NCBI GenBank assembly: GCA_029261405.1
Contig: JAJDBK010000048.1
Coordinates: 773 to 64,772 of the forward strand
DNA: 64,000 bases
Direction: 5' to 3'
Source of the DNA: Nitrospinaceae bacterium
Lineage (GTDB): Bacteria; Nitrospinota_A; UBA7883; JAJDBK01
The stretch's first letter is position 1. Each line of letters starts with the position of its first letter. Under the pieces are notes generated by a model. The model was not told the DNA's origin. It did no database searches and saw only the letters and a list, made by a program, of their open reading frames with translations. The translations under genes and the position numbers were made by a program. This document shows positions 56,737 to 64,000 of the stretch, one piece after another.

Positions 56737-57542
56737 GAATTGTTATCACCACCGTAACATCGTTATCAATCCTCTTCTCATGTCACGCTTACGCCGGATC
56801 ACCCGCTGAAGAGTATAACAAAGCCAACCTCCACTACAGCAAAGGGGAATATGAGAGGGCGCTAGAAATTTATACAGGGATAAGAATCGTAAATCCCGAC
56901 CTGGAATACAACATCGGATCCGCTTATTTTGCGACCGGAAATATCGGGAAAGCCAGACTCCATTTTGAACGGTCGCTGAAACTCAGACCCTCCGATGAAG
57001 AGACCATCGCCAATATTGATTACATCAAAAAAGTGAAACCGGATCGGGAAACCTATAGTGACGAGAACGTGGTAATTACGGTTTTTTCCAATGTTCTTAA
57101 TTCGTTCCCCATCGATAACGGACTTGTGATCCTGCTGGTTTTATATCTAACGACCTGTTTTGTTTTCGGTCTTGGAAAAATGACACAAGACGCACTGGTC
57201 AAACGCAAACTATCCGGGCTGTTGATTGTCGCTCTCACCATGACAGGGGTGATGGTCGTGGCGGTATCCGTCAGGCTTTATAATGTTCGTTCCGACCAGT
57301 TTGCGGTAGCGGTCAAGCCGGTTATCCACGCTCTTTCGGCTCCTGTCAGGGATGCGCCCTCCAACTTCTCGATCCATGAAGGCGCTAAGGTGAGAGTGAA
57401 CAGGGTGGAGGGTGATTACGCTTATATCACCCTGGTCTCCTCGCTTGAAGTCTCTACCGGAACAGAGGAGAAACCTGAGATGGTATCGCTTCGTCCCGGG
57501 CTTTCCGGTTGGGTGGACAGGTCAGCTATAGAAAGAATTTAA
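56733..57542 (+). CDS. BatE-like protein (TPR repeats, TM segments, C-terminal SH3-like domain)
   Basis: TPR segment AEEYNKANLHYSKGEYERALEIY...GNIGKARLHFERSLKLRPSD. C-terminus ...IHEGAKVRVNRVEGDYAYITL...GWVDRSAIERI (SH3b-like). Overlaps the batD stop by 4 nt. Confidence 0.6.
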   Translation: MRIVITTVTSLSILFSCHAYAGSPAEEYNKANLHYSKGEYERALEIYTGIRIVNPDLEYNIGSAYFATGNIGKARLHFERSLKLRPSDEETIANIDYIKKVKPDRETYSDENVVITVFSNVLNSFPIDNGLVILLVLYLTTCFVFGLGKMTQDALVKRKLSGLLIVALTMTGVMVVAVSVRLYNVRSDQFAVAVKPVIHALSAPVRDAPSNFSIHEGAKVRVNRVEGDYAYITLVSSLEVSTGTEEKPEMVSLRPGLSGWVDRSAIERI

Positions 57543-59005
57543 GTCAGTTTGTAGGAGGGGTTCTTTTTCGATTCGAGGCGGCTGATTCCTTTGCTCAGAT
57601 ATTTATCCACTTCCCGCGCGCACTCCCTCCCTTCAGATATGGCCCACACCACAAGCGACTGTCCTCGATGCATGTCACCAGCCGAAAATACGCCTTCGAT
57701 GTTCGTCCGGTAGGCGTAATCGGTATTTACGTTACCACGGTCGTCTTTATCAATGTCCAGCCCCTCAAGAAGTCCAGCGGGGTCGGGGTGCAAAAAGCCC
57801 ATGGCAAGAAATGCGATATCGACATCGTAGACCCCTTCGCTACCCGGAATCTCCTCGAACTGCCTTGCGTTGAGCCATTTGATTTTTACATGGCGCACAC
57901 CTGTCAACTCGCCTTCATCGTTTGTAATAAACTCTTTGGAGAGGACAGACCATTCCCGTTTGCAACCCTCCTCCTGGGATGTGGAAGTGGAGAAGCGTCT
58001 GGGGCCGGGATGTACAGGCCAGGCGGTTTCTTCCGTCCTCTCTTCAGGTGGCGTAGGTAACAGCTCGATCTGGGTGACCGATGCGGCTTTCTGGCGGATA
58101 GAGACTCCTACACAGTCAGAGCCTGTGTCACCACCTCCAATAACCAGCACGTTTTTTCCCGTGGCCAGAAGATCCTCCGGGCCGATTATCGGTTCACCCG
58201 TGACACGCTGGTTGCTTTGCGACAGGAAACTCATGGCAAAATGCACACCTTTGGCGTCCCTGCCTTTAATGGGGAGATCGCGAGGTATTGTACTACCCCC
58301 CGCCAGGACGATGGCGTCGTATTCTGAGCGTAAATCATTGGCGCTTATATTGATTCCCGCATTAATACCTGTCAGGAACCGCACCCCTTCGTTTTCCATC
58401 AGAGTTACCCGGCGTTCAATGATCTTCTTGTCCAGTTTGAAGTTCGGAATACCGTATCGCAGAAGGCCACCCGGTTTGTTTGATTTTTCGTAAACCGTTA
58501 CGTTATGCCCCGCTTTATTTAGCTGGTCTGCGGCGGAAAGCCCTGAGGGGCCGGAGCCTATGACAGCAACCTTGAATTCGGTTCTGCTCGCCGGAGGTTT
58601 CGGCTCCATCCAACCTTCTGTAAAACCGTGTTCGATTATGGCAAGTTCGATATTCTTGATGGAGACAGGCTCCTTGACAAGGCCGAGAACACAACCCGAT
58701 TCGCAAAGAGCGGGGCAGACCTTGCCGGTAAACTCCGGGAAGCTGTTGGCGCTTAGCAGGGCGTCGAGAGCTTCTTTCCATCTCCCTCTGTAGATGAGGT
58801 CGTTGAAGTCGGGGACGATGTTGTGAACAGGGCAGTTGGGATGGCAAAAAGGTGTGCCGCAATCCATACATCGCGCCGCCTGGGTCTCTATTTCAGCCTT
58901 CGTCAAGGGTACCATGAACTCGAAGAAACCCTTGATGCGCTCTTCCACAGGTTTATAACTGTGGGTTTTTCTGTTGTATTCTCTAAAACCGCCCGGTTTT
59001 CCCAT
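57539..59005 (-). CDS. gltD: Glutamate synthase (NADPH) small subunit GltD
   Basis: N-terminal Fe-S cysteines (CMDCGTPFCH...CP), VAVIGSGPSGLSAA, and a second GGGDTGSDC dinucleotide fold. Confidence 0.93.
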   Translation of the reverse strand: MGKPGGFREYNRKTHSYKPVEERIKGFFEFMVPLTKAEIETQAARCMDCGTPFCHPNCPVHNIVPDFNDLIYRGRWKEALDALLSANSFPEFTGKVCPALCESGCVLGLVKEPVSIKNIELAIIEHGFTEGWMEPKPPASRTEFKVAVIGSGPSGLSAADQLNKAGHNVTVYEKSNKPGGLLRYGIPNFKLDKKIIERRVTLMENEGVRFLTGINAGINISANDLRSEYDAIVLAGGSTIPRDLPIKGRDAKGVHFAMSFLSQSNQRVTGEPIIGPEDLLATGKNVLVIGGGDTGSDCVGVSIRQKAASVTQIELLPTPPEERTEETAWPVHPGPRRFSTSTSQEEGCKREWSVLSKEFITNDEGELTGVRHVKIKWLNARQFEEIPGSEGVYDVDIAFLAMGFLHPDPAGLLEGLDIDKDDRGNVNTDYAYRTNIEGVFSAGDMHRGQSLVVWAISEGRECAREVDKYLSKGISRLESKKNPSYKLT

Positions 59006-59054
59006 TATTTCACCTCTGTTGCAAAACCGCTGTTAACACCGGTCGTAATTTTGT

Positions 59055-62000
59055 TCAATTCTGTAAAGATGCGGTCTGCGCTTCTTCTATCGCCATTTCG
59101 GCTAGAGCGAGTTTGTAATCTCGCGGCATGACCTTGATAAATTTCGGAAGGTTGTTGTCAAAGCCGGCCATTATTTCCTCAGCCAACACGCTACCAGCAA
59201 ATTCAATTTGTCTCTCCATCATGCTCCGCAGTTCTTCGATATCATTCGGGTCCTCAACGGTTTCCAGATCGACCATGCCGGTATTGATTCTATTTCTCGA
59301 ACTGCCATCCTCATCGAAGAGGTAAGCTATTCCACCACTCATGCCGGCGGCGAAGTTCTTTCCGATCGGTCCAAGGATAACGACCCTTCCACCGGTCATA
59401 TATTCACAACCGTGATCTCCCACCGATTCCACTACGACCCGTGCGCCGGAGTTACGGACACAGAATCTTTCACCGGCCATACCCCGGATAAACGATTCAC
59501 CACTGGTGGCGCCGTAAAAGGCGACGTTGCCGATGATAACGTTGTCACGTGGGATGAATTGCGATTCCTTCGGCGGATAGAGTATCAATCTTGCGCCAGA
59601 GAGACCTTTGCCGAAATAGTCGTTGGCTTCCCCTTCAAGTTCGAAAGTCAGGCCACGGGCTCCGAACGCGCCGAAAGACTGACCCGCAGACCCCTTGAGC
59701 TTGAAATGAATGGTATCGTCGGGCAGACCCTCTTCACCATATCGTCTCGATATTTCAGTCGATAGCATGGCGCCGGCTGTCCGGTTGATGTTCCGGATTC
59801 TTATGTCGGCCCGTACCTTTTCTCCATTTTCGAGCGCTGGTTGGGCTAGTTCGATCAATTTGTTGTCGAGAGCTTTTTCCAACCCGAAATCCTGCTTTTC
59901 ACAGCAGTACGACTCGCATCCAAGCGATTTTGCCACATGAAGAATGTTACCAATCTTGAGGTGTTTGGCTTTCCAGTGTTCGATATTCTCTCTTTGTTTG
60001 AGTCTGTCGGTTTTTCCAACCATTTCGTTGACGGTTCTGAAACCGAGGGAGGCCATGATTTCCCGCATCTCGGTTGAGAGAAAAGTGAAGTAGTTCTCGA
60101 TATGTTTCGGGTCACCAGTGAACGATTTCCTCAGTTCCGGATCTTGTGTGGCAATACCGACAGGACAGCTATTCATGTGGCATTTACGCATCATCACGCA
60201 ACCTATGACCACCAGGGCCGCAGTGGCGGCGCCCCATTCTTCAGCGCCAAGAAGTGTAGCTATCGCCACATCCCGCCCTGTAAGGATTCGACCATCTGTC
60301 TGGACCACGATTCTTGATCGCAGGTTGTTTTTCATCAACGAATGGTGGGTCTCCGAGAGACCCAACTCCCACGGCAGACCCGCGTGTTTGATAGAGCTTT
60401 GCGGAGAGGCTCCGGTTCCACCATCATGTCCTGAGATGAGGACCGCTTCGGAGTGACCTTTCGACACACCTGAGGCAATGGTCCCGACACCGACTTCCGA
60501 GACCAGTTTTACGTTTATCCTGGCCCTGTTATTGGCGTTTTTCAGGTCGAAGATCAGCTGGGCCAGGTCTTCGATGGAGTAGATATCGTGGTGGGGCGGG
60601 GGAGATATCAGACCCACTCCGGGAGTGGAGTGCCTTACTCCCGCTATGATCTTGTCTACTTTTTTGCCGGGTAGATGTCCCCCCTCCCCCGGTTTGGCGC
60701 CCTGGGCCATCTTGATCTGAATCTCGTCGGCGTTTGCAAGGTAGTTGGAGGTGACTCCGAACCTTCCGGAAGCGACCTGCTTTATGGCGGAGCGTCGGGA
60801 GTCTCCGTCGAAGCCGATCTTGAACCTTTCCGGGTCTTCACCCCCTTCGCCGGAATTGCTTTTGGCGCCTAGTCGGTTCATGGCTATGGCCATGGTTTCG
60901 TGCGCTTCCTTGCTGATGGAACCGAACGACATCGCCCCGGTGAAAAATCGTTTGACGATTTCTTCTACAGGTTCGACCTCCTCTATCGGAATCGGATCGG
61001 AATCGGTAAAGTCGAGCATACCCCGAATGGTGTTGGCGTCTTCAGGGTTGTCATGCACATATAGCCCAAACTGTTTAAACAGTTCGTAATCGCCGAGCCT
61101 TGTAGAGCGTTGCAGGATCTCGATTGTTTCGGGATTGTGGGTATGTCTCTCGCCCCTTGCCCGCCACTGGTACAACCCCCCTTCGGAGAGACGCACTCCT
61201 TTCGCCGCCAACTCGTCGGTATAGGCGTAGTGATGCCGAATGAGCGTCTCCCGCTCCACTATGTCGATACCTATGCCCCCGATCTTCGATGGAACACCTG
61301 TGAAGTACTTTTCGACAAACTCTTCCCCAAGCCCTACAGCTTCAAAAATCTGTCCACCGCAATACGACTGCACAGTGGAAATGCCCATTTTCGACATGAT
61401 CTTTAGCAGACCTTTGCCGATGGCTTTTATATAGTTGTCACGCGCTTTCTCTTCCGTGATTCCCTTAAGGAGGTTCTCTCCGAGTCTCAGATCCTCTATA
61501 GTCTCGAAAGCCAGATACGGATTGACCGCAGAGGCGCCGAAGCCCAATAAAAGCGCAAAATCGTGTACTTCACGAGCTTCACCGGTTTCAACTATGATTC
61601 CGCATTTAGCTCTGGTGCCACAGAGGATAAGGTGGTGGTGAACCGCCGATGTCGCCAGAAGTGAGGGGATAGGGGCTTTCTTCGGGCCAGCGTCCCTGTC
61701 GGAGATAACAATGATGTTGGCGCCACCTTCCACCGCTTTCGATGCGCTTGCGCAAAGCTCTTCAATTGCTTTTTCGAGATTGCCCTCACCCGGCACGGGG
61801 TTAAAAACGGTCGGAATTAACTTCGTTGTAAAACCTTTTTTGGCGCATTTTTTCAGCCGTTCAAGGTCGTCGTTGGCCAGGATCGGCTGGGGTAGTTCAA
61901 TCATTCGGCAATGATCACTGCTCTCGGCCAGGATATTCTCTTGCGGGCCGACCATTGCGACGAGGGACATTACCGATTCTTCTCGTATCGAATCGATAGG

Positions 62001-63596
62001 AGGATTCGTAACCTGGGCGAAGAGCTGGTAGAAATAGTTGGAGAGGTTTTGTGGTTTTTCCGAGAGTACAGCCAGCGGGTTATCCGCTCCCATCGAGCCT
62101 ATCGGCTCTTTCCCTTCGTTTGCCATCGGTTCGAGGATGATCTTGAGGTCTTCTTTTGTGTATCCGAAACAGGCCTGACGATGTAGCAGGGTCTCATGGT
62201 CCGGCTGATGGGGTGATTGCGCCTTATCCAGTTCGTCGAGAGTCAGTTTTCCTTCGTTGATCCACTGCCCGTAAGGCCGCTCCTTGCTTATCTGTTCCTT
62301 GATCTCTTCGTCCGGAATTATCCTGCCTTCGTCGAGGCTGGCGACAAACATTCTTCCCGGCTGAAGCCTTCCCTTTAATACGATGCTTTCGGGGGGAAAT
62401 TCAAGCGTTCCGGTCTCGGAACCCATTACAAGTATGTTGTCGTCGGTAAGTAGATATCGGGAGGGGCGAAGACCGTTCCTGTCGAGGGTCGCGCCTATAA
62501 GACGCCCATCGGTAAAGGCTATCGACGCAGGCCCGTCCCAAGGCTCCATGAGAGTAGCGTGGTATTCGTAGAAGGCTTTCCGGTTTTCTCCCATTTCAGG
62601 ATCGTCGGTCCACGCCTCCGGTATGAGCATCATCATCACATGCGGCAAAGAGCGACCGCTCATATGGAGAAGTTCTACGGCGTTATCTATGATAGCTGAG
62701 TCAGATTGGGTATCGTCGATAATCGGAAGAAGTTTTTGAATCTCGTCGTCGGTGAAAAGGTCTGACTCGAAGAGAGCCTCCCTTGCTCTCATCCAGTTGA
62801 CGTTACCCCTGAGCGTGTTTATCTCGCCGTTATGAGCCAGGAACCGGAACGGTTGAGCCAATGGCCAGGAGGGGAGTGTATTTGTAGAAAACCGGCTGTG
62901 TACCAGCGCCAGCGCCGATTTTAGCGATTCATCGCTCAAGTCGGGGAAATAATCGAAAACCTGCGGGGAAGTGAGCATCCCCTTATAACAGACGGTTTTG
63001 TACGACAAGGATGCGACATAAAAACTCTCGAAGTCTTTAATTCCGCTCGCTTTGATTTTCCGTTTTGCGTATTTGCGGATAACGTAGAGTCGGCGTTCGA
63101 ACGCGTCGGGATCGGCGATATCATCGCCCTGTTCGATGAAAACCTGGGCCATATTCGGTTCGACACCTTTCACCATCCCGCCTATCTGGCTGTTGTTGGT
63201 GGGAACGTCCCTGAAACCGAGTATTTTCTGGCCCAACTCCTCCACACACTTGATGAAGATAGCCTTGACCTTTTCCCGGGAATCAGCGTCTTGCGGAAAA
63301 AAGATGAAACCGACACCGTATCGTTCGTCTTCTGGTAGATCAATGCCGATCTGGCCGCATTCCTTGCGAAAAAATTCGTCCGGTTTCTGGATAATAATTC
63401 CCGCTCCGTCGCCAGAGTTTACCTCCGCTCCAACGGCGCCACGATGCTCAAGGTTTTCAAGGATTTCTATCCCCTGACGAACTATTTTATGAGTTTTTAC
63501 GCCTTTGAGATCGGCGATAAAACCAACTCCACAAGCGTCGCGCTGACGCAGGGGATCCAAGTATACGTCGCGTCCGGCCCTATCGTCTTTATTCAT
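59055..63596 (-). CDS. gltB: Glutamate synthase large subunit GltB
   Basis: 1513 aa. Ntn-amidotransferase start ...RDACGVGFIADLKG, an FMN/3Fe-4S central domain and a C-terminal GXGXG beta-helix. Confidence 0.97.
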   Translation of the reverse strand: MNKDDRAGRDVYLDPLRQRDACGVGFIADLKGVKTHKIVRQGIEILENLEHRGAVGAEVNSGDGAGIIIQKPDEFFRKECGQIGIDLPEDERYGVGFIFFPQDADSREKVKAIFIKCVEELGQKILGFRDVPTNNSQIGGMVKGVEPNMAQVFIEQGDDIADPDAFERRLYVIRKYAKRKIKASGIKDFESFYVASLSYKTVCYKGMLTSPQVFDYFPDLSDESLKSALALVHSRFSTNTLPSWPLAQPFRFLAHNGEINTLRGNVNWMRAREALFESDLFTDDEIQKLLPIIDDTQSDSAIIDNAVELLHMSGRSLPHVMMMLIPEAWTDDPEMGENRKAFYEYHATLMEPWDGPASIAFTDGRLIGATLDRNGLRPSRYLLTDDNILVMGSETGTLEFPPESIVLKGRLQPGRMFVASLDEGRIIPDEEIKEQISKERPYGQWINEGKLTLDELDKAQSPHQPDHETLLHRQACFGYTKEDLKIILEPMANEGKEPIGSMGADNPLAVLSEKPQNLSNYFYQLFAQVTNPPIDSIREESVMSLVAMVGPQENILAESSDHCRMIELPQPILANDDLERLKKCAKKGFTTKLIPTVFNPVPGEGNLEKAIEELCASASKAVEGGANIIVISDRDAGPKKAPIPSLLATSAVHHHLILCGTRAKCGIIVETGEAREVHDFALLLGFGASAVNPYLAFETIEDLRLGENLLKGITEEKARDNYIKAIGKGLLKIMSKMGISTVQSYCGGQIFEAVGLGEEFVEKYFTGVPSKIGGIGIDIVERETLIRHHYAYTDELAAKGVRLSEGGLYQWRARGERHTHNPETIEILQRSTRLGDYELFKQFGLYVHDNPEDANTIRGMLDFTDSDPIPIEEVEPVEEIVKRFFTGAMSFGSISKEAHETMAIAMNRLGAKSNSGEGGEDPERFKIGFDGDSRRSAIKQVASGRFGVTSNYLANADEIQIKMAQGAKPGEGGHLPGKKVDKIIAGVRHSTPGVGLISPPPHHDIYSIEDLAQLIFDLKNANNRARINVKLVSEVGVGTIASGVSKGHSEAVLISGHDGGTGASPQSSIKHAGLPWELGLSETHHSLMKNNLRSRIVVQTDGRILTGRDVAIATLLGAEEWGAATAALVVIGCVMMRKCHMNSCPVGIATQDPELRKSFTGDPKHIENYFTFLSTEMREIMASLGFRTVNEMVGKTDRLKQRENIEHWKAKHLKIGNILHVAKSLGCESYCCEKQDFGLEKALDNKLIELAQPALENGEKVRADIRIRNINRTAGAMLSTEISRRYGEEGLPDDTIHFKLKGSAGQSFGAFGARGLTFELEGEANDYFGKGLSGARLILYPPKESQFIPRDNVIIGNVAFYGATSGESFIRGMAGERFCVRNSGARVVVESVGDHGCEYMTGGRVVILGPIGKNFAAGMSGGIAYLFDEDGSSRNRINTGMVDLETVEDPNDIEELRSMMERQIEFAGSVLAEEIMAGFDNNLPKFIKVMPRDYKLALAEMAIEEAQTASLQN

Positions 63597-64000
63597 TACT
63601 CTCCCGTGTTATATCCTTGAAAATTCTATTCTTATAAGGCTTCTTCTTGCCGTGCGCCCGTTACAGGAGCGGATGGTAAGAAGAGCTTACGTTGCGCCAA
63701 TCAGCGGAAAATGGCGCTGGCGATGGCAATCCCGCTTATTTATCAAGAACCCTAAAGATAGCTTGAAGCGATCTATTTTGTCCAGCCAAAATAAATGGAG
63801 ACGGTGCAAGTCTGATTATTCAAAAATGAGGTAACGCAACAGACTTGACAGGTGGGGATCGGAAGAGTGAAGGGAACCTCTAAAAATCACTTATTCGTCT
63901 GGTTATTCTTTTCAAAGCCGCAATATAGTTTATGCCCACGTGATATTCCCTGTTTGACGGTGGGCTCGATAGCCCTCACCAATCGCCTTTAACCTAAATT

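Noticed and set aside
57509-58493. Plus-strand ORFs of 183 and 207 aa
   Set aside because: They are antisense to gltD, whose frame carries unmistakable Fe-S and FAD/NAD motifs.
63597-64000. Sigma-54 (TGGCAC-N5-TTGC) or NtrC-type control region upstream of gltB
   Set aside because: I could not find a GG-N10-GC element in the correct orientation. The ORF at 63652..63834 on the plus strand lacks any supporting signal.

Overview
A compact 64-kb chromosomal segment. Many gene junctions are 1-4 nt, and three convergent gene pairs have abutting or overlapping stop codons. I count about 55 protein-coding genes and one tRNA-Gln(UUG). There is no rRNA, no CRISPR array and no intact mobile element; the only one is an internally deleted IS30-family remnant. 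Most of the content is housekeeping: AddAB recombinase, DnaK, GreA, HisG-AroK-AroC, IspD, PabBC, LepB, QueF, ThpR, the giant NAD-glutamate dehydrogenase and GOGAT (GltBD). Envelope and redox genes are interspersed: TAT-exported MsrPQ, a LolA-like protein with an RND exporter, MscS, a CsgG-family protein, an OmpA fusion, a nonahaem cytochrome c, a CDGSH protein, a 5'-nucleotidase, BatD/BatE, CpoB and an O-antigen-ligase-like protein. Motility and taxis genes are a large Cache-type MCP and FlgM with sigma-28 promoters. This content suggests a flagellated Gram-negative bacterium, probably anaerobic or microaerophilic. A Desulfobacterota/Geobacter-like origin is only a guess, based on the multihaem and CxxxxCH motifs. 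Candidates worth follow-up: (1) a translationally coupled operon at the left edge encoding a nucleosidase-GT2 fusion, a ParB-like protein and an SplB-like radical SAM enzyme; (2) two tandem paralogous lipoproteins, each with two CxxxxCH motifs; (3) a fused MrfA-like helicase/DUF1998 and DEDD exonuclease; (4) an orphan 12-TM protein resembling haem-copper oxidase subunit I but lacking the helix-VII His pair; (5) a textbook sigma-28 promoter driving an unannotated 74-aa ORF divergent from flgM, whose leader is highly structured; (6) an 18-bp hairpin-containing tandem repeat with a related dispersed copy. All functional calls come from reading the translations and recalling family motifs. No database search was run, and no finding here is proven to be a new system.
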